Assembly (NCBI GenBank): GCA_002841765.1
Contig: PHAV01000004.1
Span: forward strand, 59,075-123,074
DNA: 64,000 nucleotides
Direction of reading: 5' to 3'
DNA from: Deltaproteobacteria bacterium HGW-Deltaproteobacteria-4
Lineage (GTDB): Bacteria > Desulfobacterota > Desulfuromonadia > Desulfuromonadales > UBA2197
In this document: piece after piece, positions 1 through 8,207 of the stretch
Layout: every line of letters starts with the position of its first letter
How positions within the stretch are numbered: position 1 is the stretch's first letter
The notes under the pieces: generated by a model
Databases searched by the model: none
The model's input: only the letters and a program-made list of their open reading frames with translations
What the model was told of the DNA's origin: nothing
Position numbers and translations under genes: made by a program

Positions 1-693
1 CCGGATTTGCGTGAGCTGCTCTTTGCTATCAAGCAGAAGAACGAGCAGATCATCGACACCGTCAGCCTCGATACGGTCCTCTTCTCCGGTTTCACCGAGG
101 AGAAGGCCAAGGGGGTGGTTGAGTCCTTCGAGCAGTTTATCCTTGAGAACAAGGATGAGATCACCGCACTGCAGGTGCTCTACTCCAAGCCGTATAAACA
201 GCGCTTGAAGTTCGAGGATGTGCGCGAGCTGGCTGAGAAGCTGGTCGCCCAGGTCGAGCAGCTGCGTATCTACTCGACCCATCCGCAAGGGTGGGAGAAG
301 CGGGTGCCGGACGAGCTGTGGGCAGCGTATCAGAAGCTGGAGGCGGGCAAGGTGCGCGGGGCAGCGGCCAATCACATCTTGACCGATCTGGTCTCGCTGG
401 TGCGCTTTGCCATGCATCAGGAGAACGAGCTGGTGCCCTTTCCCGAGAAGGTGCAGGTCAACTTCCGCGCCTGGGTCGAGCAGCAGCAGGTCAGCGGGCG
501 GCGCTTTACCTCCGAACAGCGCAAGTGGCTGGAGATGATTCGCGATCATATTGCGGCGAATCTGCAGATCGAGACGGAGGATTTCGATTATGCGCCCTTT
601 GCGCAGGAGGGTGGGATTGGCAGGGTTTGGCAGCTGTTTGGGGATGATTTGAACGTGATTCTTGATGAATTGAACGAAACATTGGCCGCGTAA
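1..693 (+). CDS. hsdR: Type I restriction enzyme R subunit, C-terminal fragment (5' end is upstream of the window)
   Basis: Frame-1 ORF is open from base 1. The tail ...FTSEQRKWLEMIRDHIAANLQIETEDFDYAPFAQEGGIGRVWQLFG... resembles the EcoEI-type HsdR C-terminal domain. hsdS and hsdM follow on the same strand. Confidence 0.75.
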   Translation, partial: PDLRELLFAIKQKNEQIIDTVSLDTVLFSGFTEEKAKGVVESFEQFILENKDEITALQVLYSKPYKQRLKFEDVRELAEKLVAQVEQLRIYSTHPQGWEKRVPDELWAAYQKLEAGKVRGAAANHILTDLVSLVRFAMHQENELVPFPEKVQVNFRAWVEQQQVSGRRFTSEQRKWLEMIRDHIAANLQIETEDFDYAPFAQEGGIGRVWQLFGDDLNVILDELNETLAA

Positions 694-694
694 C

Positions 695-765
695 GTAGGG
701 GCACGGCGTGCCGTGCCCGATTGCAATTGTCGGTTGATTCAGGGCACGGCACGCCGTGCCCCTAC
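695..765. repeat. REP doublet 1: GTAGGGGCACGGCGTGCCGTGCCC (695-718) and its exact reverse complement (742-765), 23-nt spacer
   Basis: Read directly. Each unit folds as a 9-bp stem GGGCACGGC/GCCGTGCCC with a 2-nt loop. It sits between the hsdR stop and the RAYT start. Confidence 0.9.
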
Positions 766-776
766 GGAGGGGGAAC

Positions 777-1355
777 ATGACGTTTAATCCGAATTTTCAT
801 CGCCGGCGTTCCATCCGCCTTAATGATTACGATTACACCCGCGCCGGCGCGTATTTCGTGACGATTTGTGCGTTCGAACGGGAATGTCTGTTTGGCGAGG
901 TCGTGGACGGGGTGATGCGGTTGAACGTACATGGGAAAATCGCTCAGGAAGAATGGTTGTTGACCGCCGAATTGCGGGATTACGTGGTGTTGGACGAATA
1001 CATCGTGATGCCGAATCATTTTCATGCGGTATTGATGATCGATGATTGTAGGGGCACGGCGTGCCGTGCCCTTGATGATGACGTCGCGGTGGAACAGGGC
1101 ACGGCACGCCGTGCCCTTACGGTGGAATTTTTCGGTCAACCCGTCGCCGGTTCGTTGGCGACCATGATCCGGTCATTCAAATCCGCCGTTAGCAAACGCA
1201 TCAATATTCTGCACAACAATCCCGGCGCGCCGGTCTGGCAGCGTAATTATTACGAACGGGTCATCCGCAACGAACGTGAATTGGACGGTATCCGGCAATA
1301 CATTGCCGATAATCCGGCCAAATGGATCGAAGACGAAAACCACCCGACACGATAA
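777..1355 (+). CDS. REP-associated tyrosine transposase (RAYT, IS200/Y1 HUH superfamily)
   Basis: N-terminus YDYTRAGAYFVTICAFERECLFG, HUH motif in MPNHFHAVL, and Tyr motif WQRNYYERVIRNE. GGAGGGGG lies just upstream of ATG 777; the track's GTG at 756 is probably too early. REP doublets flank the gene. Confidence 0.8.
   Translation: MTFNPNFHRRRSIRLNDYDYTRAGAYFVTICAFERECLFGEVVDGVMRLNVHGKIAQEEWLLTAELRDYVVLDEYIVMPNHFHAVLMIDDCRGTACRALDDDVAVEQGTARRALTVEFFGQPVAGSLATMIRSFKSAVSKRINILHNNPGAPVWQRNYYERVIRNERELDGIRQYIADNPAKWIEDENHPTR
1048..1120. repeat. REP doublet 2, in frame inside the RAYT CDS (units 1048-1071 and 1097-1120)
   Basis: Same 24-nt unit plus inverted copy (tail TTAC). It translates as ...CRGTACRALDDDVAVEQGTARRALT... 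between the HUH and Tyr motifs. Confidence 0.9.
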
Positions 1356-1366
1356 AAACCATCATT

Positions 1367-1459
1367 GTAGGGGCACGGCGTGCCGTGCCCGGTTTTTCCG
1401 GGTTGATTGATCGGTATTATCAGGGCACAAAATCTGGGCACGGCACGCCGTGCCCATAC
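1367..1459. repeat. REP doublet 3 (units 1367-1390 and 1436-1459, 45-nt spacer containing a partial extra copy CAGGGCAC)
   Basis: Read directly. It lies between the RAYT stop and the hsdS start. Confidence 0.9.
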
Positions 1460-1490
1460 GAAATCGTTGGTGGAATGAGGCGTTGAAGGC

Positions 1491-3182
1491 GTGAGCGAAG
1501 AAGAAAAAATAGTTTTTGAACCAGACATTCCAAAGGTGCCAACTGGCTGGGACGTAGCGTCTTTCTTGGAAGTGGTGTCGGTCGCGTCTGACGCAGGTAG
1601 GCGGTTAAAGCAGCGCGATTATCTGGAACAGGGCAAAATCCCCGTTATTGACCAAGGCCAGGATTTCATTGGTGGCTATACCAACGATGATGACTTGGCG
1701 TTTGTCGGGGAACTACCTGTTGTTCTTTTTGGTGACCATACACGTGCAATTAAATTTGTAGATAAACGTTTTGCGGTAGGTGCCGAAGGCATCAAAATAC
1801 TAAAATCGGCAAATTGCTACGACTCAAAATTTTTCTATTATCTTCTGACATCTCTACAAATCCCAAGCCGTGGATACAGCAGACATTTTCAGTTTTTGAG
1901 GAAATTTAGTCTGCCAATTGCGCCTATGGCGCAACAAACCCGCATCGTCGCGGAGATCGAAAAACAATTCTCTCGCCTCGACGAAGCTGTTTCCAACCTC
2001 AAGCGCGTCAAGGCCAACCTCAAGCGCTACAAAGCCGCCGTCCTCAAGGCCGCCGTCGAAGGCAAGATCACCGAAGAATGGCGTAAGCAACATCCTGATG
2101 TTGAACCTGCCGACAAACTGCTGGAGCGGATTCTGTCCGAGAGGCGCAAGGTGGTGGGGAAGTTCAAAGAATCCGTTGAGCTGGATACGATCAATCTTTC
2201 GGAATTGCCGACAGGGTGGGTGTGGGCGAGATATGGGCAAGTAGGACGTCTGAATCTCGGTAGACAGCGTGCCCCCAAGTACCACACGGGCGCGAACATG
2301 CGAAAATATCTAAGGGTTCAAAATGTATTCGAGGATCGGATTGATCTCAGCGACGTGATGGAAATGGATTTTCCTCCGGACGATTTTGAAAAGTACGAGC
2401 TTAAAACTGGCGACTTACTTCTCAATGAAGGACAAAGCCCTGAGTTGTTAGGACGTCCAGCGATTTATCGCGGAGAGTTGCCAGGTGCTTGTTTTACAAA
2501 TACATTAATTCGATTCAGGGCCGTTGAAGGTGTTAGTGTTGAGTTCGCACTTATTGTTAGTCGCCATAATATGCGTGCTGGAAGATTTGTCGATGAAGGT
2601 ACGATTACAACGAATATTGCACATTTAAGTCTTGGTAGGCTTTCGACCGTTGAGTTCCCTCTTCCGCCATATACAGAACAACTTCGAATCGTTGCCGAAG
2701 TAGAACGATGCCTCACAATCGTTGCTAATGCCGAAGCCCAGGTCGACGCCAACCTCCGCCGCGCCGACCGCCTGCGCCAATCGATCCTCAAACAAGCCTT
2801 CTCCGGCCAACTTGTTCACCAGGATCCCAACGACGAACCGGCCAGCGTGCTGCTGGAGCGGATACGGACGAATGCAAATGTAGGGGCACGGCATGCCGTG
2901 CCCTTGTCTCAATCCGAACGTTCAAAGCGGGCACGGCACGCCGTGCCCCTGCGAGAAACCGCACCGGCACCTGCAGTCAGCGACAATTTCACCTGCCTCG
3001 ACGACATCACCGCCGCTCTTTTCGCCGCCATGCACTCCGGCCGCGATTATGCCCGCCCCGACTTGGCCGATCCTCTGGGTCTCTCCACCGGCCAGTGGAA
3101 TGCGGCGATTCAGGAACTGAAGCGGCAAGGGAAGGTGCGGCAGACGGGGGAGAAGCGCGGTGCGCGGTATCAAGTCGTGTAA
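1491..3182 (+). CDS. hsdS: Type I restriction-modification specificity subunit with a C-terminal extension
   Basis: Two variable target-recognition regions are separated by conserved helical spacers (QTRIVAEIEKQFSRLDEAVSNLKRVKANLKRYKAAVLKAA and QLRIVAEVERCLTIVANAEAQVDANLRRADRLRQSILKQAF). GTG start. The ~110-aa tail contains a REP doublet and a possible winged-helix end. Confidence 0.85.
   Translation: MSEEEKIVFEPDIPKVPTGWDVASFLEVVSVASDAGRRLKQRDYLEQGKIPVIDQGQDFIGGYTNDDDLAFVGELPVVLFGDHTRAIKFVDKRFAVGAEGIKILKSANCYDSKFFYYLLTSLQIPSRGYSRHFQFLRKFSLPIAPMAQQTRIVAEIEKQFSRLDEAVSNLKRVKANLKRYKAAVLKAAVEGKITEEWRKQHPDVEPADKLLERILSERRKVVGKFKESVELDTINLSELPTGWVWARYGQVGRLNLGRQRAPKYHTGANMRKYLRVQNVFEDRIDLSDVMEMDFPPDDFEKYELKTGDLLLNEGQSPELLGRPAIYRGELPGACFTNTLIRFRAVEGVSVEFALIVSRHNMRAGRFVDEGTITTNIAHLSLGRLSTVEFPLPPYTEQLRIVAEVERCLTIVANAEAQVDANLRRADRLRQSILKQAFSGQLVHQDPNDEPASVLLERIRTNANVGARHAVPLSQSERSKRARHAVPLRETAPAPAVSDNFTCLDDITAALFAAMHSGRDYARPDLADPLGLSTGQWNAAIQELKRQGKVRQTGEKRGARYQVV
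2880..2952. repeat. REP doublet 4, in frame inside hsdS (units 2880-2903 with loop AT, and 2929-2952)
   Basis: Translates as NVGARHAVPLSQSERSKRARHAVPL. The loop change GT->AT keeps the stem intact. Confidence 0.9.
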
Positions 3183-3313
3183 GATCGGAATGCATCTGTT
3201 ATCCGGAATTTCCGTATAACTTTCTCTGTTGTTGCATTTTTTGCACGAACTGGAACTACCGATAAATTCACGGTAGTTCAGTAATGACGTAACAGTCAAA
3301 GGAACGTTGTAAT

Positions 3314-4309
3314 ATGGACTCCGAGAAAGGCGATATCGTCATTTATCAGGCAGAAACCGGCGCAACAGCGCTCGAGGTTCATCTTGATCACGATACTGTT
3401 TGGCTGACTCAAAAGCAATTGGCCGATCTTTTTGACGTCAAGGTCCCCGCGATTTCCAAGCATGTGCGTAACATTGTCGTTTCCGGAGAACTTGCTGCCG
3501 AGGCAACTGTTTCCAAAATGGAAAGAGTTCGTCGCGAAGGCGAGCGCTCGGTGAGCAGAACCGAAGTTGCGTACAATCTGGACATGATCATTTCGATCGG
3601 TTATCGGGTGAATTCTGACAAAGCGACCCGGTTTCGCATCTGGGCAACCCAGGTTCTTAAAGATCATCTGGTCAAGGGCTACACCATCCATGAGCAGCGA
3701 CTGCACGATGAAACCGCCAAACTCCACGATCTGCGCCAGACTGTCGATCTCCTCGCCCGTACCCTGATGACGCAGGAGCTGGTCACCGAGACCGGCAAGG
3801 ATGTGCTGCGGGTGATCAACGATTACGCCTACGCCCTCGCCACCCTCGACCGTTACGATCACGGCACCCTGAGTATCGAGGGGACGACCGGCCAGACGCT
3901 GCGCGTCATCGACTACGCAGAGGGAATCTCTCTGGTCAAGGCGATGAAGGGGGAGTTCGACGGGCTCTTTGGCATCGAGAAGGATCAGGGATTCAAGAGT
4001 GCCCTCGGCACCATCTACCAGACCTTCGACGGTAAAGAACTTTACCCCAGCGTCGAGGAGAAGGGGGCCAACCTCCTTTACTTCGTCGTCAAGAACCACG
4101 CTTTCAGCGACGGCAACAAGCGCATCGCCGCTGCCCTCTTTATCTACTTTCTCGCCGGCAACGCCATCCTCTATCGACCTGACGGCTCCAAGCGCCTCGC
4201 CGACAATGCCCTGGTGGCGCTGACGCTCCTCATCGCCGAGAGCCGTCCCGACGAGAAAGAGACCATCGTTAAAGTCATTGTCAATCTCATCAACCGGAGC
4301 AACGATTAA
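3314..4309 (+). CDS. RhuM-like N-terminal domain fused to a Fic/Doc domain
   Basis: N-terminus IVIYQAETGATALEVHLDHDTVWLTQKQLADLF...IGYRVNSDKATRFRIWATQVLKDHLVKGY is RhuM-like. The C-terminal motif HAFSDGNKRIAAAL is Fic/Doc-like (HxFxDGNKR). Confidence 0.8.
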   Translation: MDSEKGDIVIYQAETGATALEVHLDHDTVWLTQKQLADLFDVKVPAISKHVRNIVVSGELAAEATVSKMERVRREGERSVSRTEVAYNLDMIISIGYRVNSDKATRFRIWATQVLKDHLVKGYTIHEQRLHDETAKLHDLRQTVDLLARTLMTQELVTETGKDVLRVINDYAYALATLDRYDHGTLSIEGTTGQTLRVIDYAEGISLVKAMKGEFDGLFGIEKDQGFKSALGTIYQTFDGKELYPSVEEKGANLLYFVVKNHAFSDGNKRIAAALFIYFLAGNAILYRPDGSKRLADNALVALTLLIAESRPDEKETIVKVIVNLINRSND

Positions 4310-4311
4310 AC

Positions 4312-5799
4312 ATGACCCCCGCCGCAATTGTCAGCAAACTTTGGAACTTCTGCAACGTCCTGCGCGACGACGGCATGAGCTACGGCGACTACGTCGAACA
4401 GCTCACCTATCTCCTCTTCCTCAAGATGGCCGATGAGCGCACCAAAGCGCCCTACAACCATCCCAGCACCGTCCCGCTGAAATGGGCCTGGCCGACGCTG
4501 GTGAAGAAGGACGGCGATGAGCTCTTCGACCACTACCGCCACACCCTGGAAAACCTCGGCAACGAGAAGGGCCTGCTCGGGCTGATCTTCAATAAGTCGC
4601 AGAACAAGTTTCAGGACCCGGCCAAGCTACGCCGTCTGATCGTCGATCTCATCGACAAGGAGAACTGGTCGGTGATGAGCGCCGATGTCAAGGGGGACGC
4701 CTACGAAGGGCTGCTGGAGAAGAATGCCCAGGACACCAAGAGCGGTGCCGGGCAGTACTTTACCCCACGGCCGCTGATCCAGGCGATCGTCGACGTCATT
4801 GCCCCGAAGCCGGGGGAGACAATCTGCGACCCGGCCTGCGGCACTGGCGGCTTTCTCCTTGCCGCCCACGATGCCATCGTTGCCGGTCATCCGCACATGA
4901 CCAAGGACGAGCTCAAGAATCTCAAAGAAGGGACCTTTAAGGGTTGGGAGCTGGTGCAGAGCACGGCGCGCCTGTGCGCCATGAACCTGATGCTGCACGG
5001 CATCGGCGGACTCGATACCGACCTGCCGCTGCTGGTATCCGATTCGCTCGCCGCCGATCCGGGGACGAGGTTCGACATCATCCTCACCAATCCCCCCTTC
5101 GGCAAGAAGAGCAGCACCACCATCGTCGCCGAAGACGGCAAGATCAACCGCGAGACCGAGACCATCGAGCGCGACGACTTCTGGGCCACCACCTCGAACA
5201 AGCAGCTCAACTTCATGCAGCACGTAAAGACTTTGCTCAAGCAGCACGGCCGCGCCGCCGTGGTCGTCCCCGACAACGTGCTCTTCGAAGGCGGGGCAGG
5301 AGAGACCATCCGCCGCAAGCTGCTGCATGAGTGCGACGTCCACACCCTGCTGCGCCTGCCGACTGGCCTCTTCTATGCCCAAGGAGTAAAGGCGAACGTC
5401 CTCTTCTTCACCCGCAAACCGGCCAGCGAGACGCCGTGGACGCGCAAGCTGTGGATCTACGACCTGCGCACCAACCAGCATTACACCCTCAAGACCAATC
5501 CGCTGCAGCGCAAAGACCTCGACGAGTTCGTCCAGCTCTGCACCGCGCCGACTCGCACCGCCACCTGGAGCGCCGAGACCCCCGACGGCCGCTGGCGCTG
5601 TTACGACTACGCCGATCTCGTCGTCCGCGATAAAGCCAGTCTCGATCTCTTCTGGCTCAAGGACGATTCGCTGGAAGATTCGGACAACCTGCCGGCACCG
5701 GGCATCCTGGCGCTGGAGATCGTTGAGGATCTCCAGGCGGCGCTGGAGCAGTTCCGGCTGATTGCCGAAGATTTGGGGGAAGAGGTGGAGGAGGTCTGA
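4312..5799 (+). CDS. hsdM: Type I R-M N6-adenine DNA methyltransferase subunit
   Basis: HsdM N-terminal helix (KLWNFCNVLRDDGMSYGDYVEQLTYLLFLKMADER), AdoMet motif DPACGTGGFL and catalytic NPPFGKK. Confidence 0.92.
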   Translation: MTPAAIVSKLWNFCNVLRDDGMSYGDYVEQLTYLLFLKMADERTKAPYNHPSTVPLKWAWPTLVKKDGDELFDHYRHTLENLGNEKGLLGLIFNKSQNKFQDPAKLRRLIVDLIDKENWSVMSADVKGDAYEGLLEKNAQDTKSGAGQYFTPRPLIQAIVDVIAPKPGETICDPACGTGGFLLAAHDAIVAGHPHMTKDELKNLKEGTFKGWELVQSTARLCAMNLMLHGIGGLDTDLPLLVSDSLAADPGTRFDIILTNPPFGKKSSTTIVAEDGKINRETETIERDDFWATTSNKQLNFMQHVKTLLKQHGRAAVVVPDNVLFEGGAGETIRRKLLHECDVHTLLRLPTGLFYAQGVKANVLFFTRKPASETPWTRKLWIYDLRTNQHYTLKTNPLQRKDLDEFVQLCTAPTRTATWSAETPDGRWRCYDYADLVVRDKASLDLFWLKDDSLEDSDNLPAPGILALEIVEDLQAALEQFRLIAEDLGEEVEEV

Positions 5800-5964
5800 A
5801 TGTTTGAGATGCAGTACAACGAAGAGATGGAGCAGGAGGTTCTGAGGCTTGAAGCCCTCAAACGGGCGAACGATGCCGGTCACCCGGAATGGTTGAATGC
5901 TTGTGCTGTCTGTCACTGTCAGTTAATCGGCATCAACAGCAACCGTTGCGAACAGTGTCGCTAA
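5800..5964 (+). CDS. Small (54 aa) Cys-rich ORF, possible zinc ribbon; hypothetical
   Basis: ATG overlaps the hsdM stop (TGAATG). MFEMQYNEEMEQEVLRLEALKRANDAGHPEWLNACAVCHCQLIGINSNRCEQCR carries CxxCxC...CxxC. It is below the ORF-track cutoff and I translated it by hand. Confidence 0.3.
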   Translation: MFEMQYNEEMEQEVLRLEALKRANDAGHPEWLNACAVCHCQLIGINSNRCEQCR

Positions 5965-5980
5965 GGGAGTACTGACGTCC

Positions 5981-6394
5981 ATGCCGAAATCGCCGCAATT
6001 CCCGATCAGGATCTTCTATGATGGGTCATGCTCTGTCTGCGCCAGGGAGATCCGTCATTATTTGCAGCGGCAGCATGGCGGTAAACTCCTGGGCGTGGAT
6101 ATTAGCGCTCACGATTTCGACCCAGAGCCTTATCGCATCCCCCTGGATGTTTTTATGTATGAGCTGCACGTTATTGACCAGAAGGGGGAGACATATAAAG
6201 GAGTCGAGGCCTTCTGGGCTATCTGGCAGGCGTTTCCAGCTCGCACAGTCTATGGTTTGATGGGGACGATCATCACCCTGCCGGTCGTGAACCCTATTGC
6301 ACGTCTTGTGTATAAGGGCTTCGCGGCAATCCGTCCCTTTTTGCCGAAAAGACACAACTGTGACAGCGGAACCTGCAAGATCGGTAAACATTGA
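5981..6394 (+). CDS. Thiol-disulfide oxidoreductase, DCC family (DUF393)
   Basis: N-terminal IFYDGSCSVCAREI CxxC motif and size are typical of DCC proteins. Confidence 0.75.
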   Translation: MPKSPQFPIRIFYDGSCSVCAREIRHYLQRQHGGKLLGVDISAHDFDPEPYRIPLDVFMYELHVIDQKGETYKGVEAFWAIWQAFPARTVYGLMGTIITLPVVNPIARLVYKGFAAIRPFLPKRHNCDSGTCKIGKH

Positions 6395-6522
6395 GAAAAG
6401 AGGGACACAAAAGGGGAAAGACTTTCTTTGGAACTGGCTTGGAAAAGTAGCCTGCCCCCTTTAACGTCCCCGATCTTGCCATCCAAATCGTCGTGACAAT
6501 CGGCCACTACAGGAGATCCTCC

Positions 6523-6882
6523 ATGGATTTCAACACCCTCCGCACGTACCTGCTGAGCAAGCCGGGCGCCGTCGAAGACTTCCCCTTTGACACTGTCACC
6601 CTGGTGGTCAAGGTCGGTGGCAAGATGTTCGCCTTGGTCGGGATCGATGAAGAGCCGCTGCGCCTCAACCTCAAAGCGCTGCCGGAACAGGCCGAAGTGC
6701 TGCGCGAACTATATCCGGCCGTTATTCCCGGCTACCATATGAACAAGCGTCACTGGAATACCGTCATCCTCGATGGCTCCCTGCCGGACGAGGAGGTGCA
6801 GGGGATGATAGACGAATCGTACCGGCTGGTGGTGCAAGGGCTTCCGCGGGCGCGCCGTCCGGCTGTTCCTGGTTCTCGATAG
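6523..6882 (+). CDS. MmcQ/YjbR family DNA-binding protein
   Basis: MDFNTLRTYLLSKPGAVEDFPFD...GYHMNKRHWNTVILDGSLPDEEV is typical of YjbR. AGGAGA lies upstream of ATG 6523. Confidence 0.8.
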   Translation: MDFNTLRTYLLSKPGAVEDFPFDTVTLVVKVGGKMFALVGIDEEPLRLNLKALPEQAEVLRELYPAVIPGYHMNKRHWNTVILDGSLPDEEVQGMIDESYRLVVQGLPRARRPAVPGSR

Positions 6883-6985
6883 GGGTAATTGCCGAGTTTC
6901 CCGGTTTGAAGTATTAGGAACATATTGAATCAGGATAACGTGTGACGACCGCAGGGAGATCGTGCCGTTTTCATTGAAGGGAAAG

Positions 6986-7768
6986 ATGATGTATTGTCAG
7001 CGACTGAAGTCCACCGCTCTGTTCCTCTCTGCTTTTTTTGCCCTTGTCACGATGACTCTTTCCGGCTGTAATCCCGCTGTCCCTGCAAGATTGTCCGCTG
7101 AGACCGGCAGATCGCCGCTCATTACCGCCATGCTCGACGCCTATGGCGGCAGCAAGGCGCTGTCAGAAGTGCGCACGGTCGTGGCGCGGGGCCGGATCAA
7201 TGATGACCTGCGCCAGGTGTCCGGCGGCTACGCCCGCATTATGCAGCGTCCCGGCTCTTTGCGGATCGAGATCCGTCCGGAACAGGGGGGAGAGATTCGG
7301 GTTCTTGCTGGCGACCAAGGCTGGCAGGGGGCCGGTGACCGTTTCTATCCGGCCAAGCCGATCTCCCTCAGTTCGATGCGCTACCAGTACAGTTATCTGG
7401 ATGTTCCGATGTGTCTGGCCGATCTGAGTTGCACGGCGCAGGAGGGGGGAATAAAGGAGTTGGAGGGGCGCCTCTATGATCTTCTCTTGATCACGGCCGC
7501 CGGTGCTCCACAACTGCGGGTTTATGTCGACCGAGACAGCCATTTGATCCATCGGGTGGCGGCCGAGTTTTCGATGGGGACAATGGGGTCGACCGAACTG
7601 GCTACTGAATATGCCGACTTCCGCGCGGCCAACGGCGTCCTCTTCCCCAGGCTCCTGACCAACTTTGCCGGTGGGAGTAAGATTTCCCTTCTGACCATTG
7701 AAACGTTGGAGGTCAATGGGCCGTTAGCGGCGGAGGTTTTTATTTTTCCTGCACTCCTTGCTCGATAG
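6986..7768 (+). CDS. Hypothetical lipoprotein (LolA/outer-membrane-lipoprotein-sorting-like fold possible)
   Basis: Signal peptide with lipobox MTLSG|C. The start is chosen at the MMYCQRL Met. No catalytic motifs recognised. Confidence 0.55.
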   Translation: MMYCQRLKSTALFLSAFFALVTMTLSGCNPAVPARLSAETGRSPLITAMLDAYGGSKALSEVRTVVARGRINDDLRQVSGGYARIMQRPGSLRIEIRPEQGGEIRVLAGDQGWQGAGDRFYPAKPISLSSMRYQYSYLDVPMCLADLSCTAQEGGIKELEGRLYDLLLITAAGAPQLRVYVDRDSHLIHRVAAEFSMGTMGSTELATEYADFRAANGVLFPRLLTNFAGGSKISLLTIETLEVNGPLAAEVFIFPALLAR

Positions 7769-8184
7769 GAGTATCCACAGTCCATCCGCAGCATTGACGA
7801 TGACAGGCCTGCGCTTGCCACTGTGAACAAGTCGGTTATACTTTCGGTCAGCGGTCGTCAAAGGGGCGGCTGATTGACAGGTTGGCAAGACAGCTTTATA
7901 CGGAGAGGTATTCGAGTCAAGACGTTTGATGAGCCACTGTCCCCCTTCCGGTCTCGCCGTTGTCATGTATTCCCACCGACTGGCTGGGAACTTAGTCGAT
8001 AAATCATTAAAAAATTTTCTTTATCGTAAAATCAAAGGGTTATCAAATATTTTAAGGCGTAATTTAAATTATTAAAAAAACATTGAAAAACATACAGTTA
8101 TCTTCTGTGTAATAAATAGGCAAAATCCTATTCCCTCCATTTATCCGGACTTGTCACCCCTTAGTTGTATCTTTTCCCGCAATG

Positions 8185-8207
8185 TTATCCACAGGGGATG
8201 TGGATAG
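8185..8207. promoter_or_regulatory. Perfect 8-bp inverted repeat TATCCACA-N5-TGTGGATA containing a consensus DnaA box (TTATCCACA) and a near-consensus inverted box (CTATCCACA)
   Basis: Read directly. It lies at the edge of a ~300-bp AT-rich non-coding island (about 7980-8280) with further TTATC cores. Confidence 0.35.

Noticed and set aside
3296-4327. Long antisense ORFs mirror real genes. Examples are 3296-4327(-), 4627-5916(-), 9808-11358(+), 14102-15607(+), 18502-19740(-), 22970-24055(-), 55810-57555(-), 60015-60770(+) and 53522-54247(+).
   Set aside because: Each lies opposite a CDS with clear family motifs (Fic, HsdM, kinase, LutB, GlcD, RnfC, GltS, SNF2). Their products are Arg/Gly/Ala/Asp-rich low-complexity sequence typical of antisense frames in GC-rich DNA, and they have no recognisable motifs.
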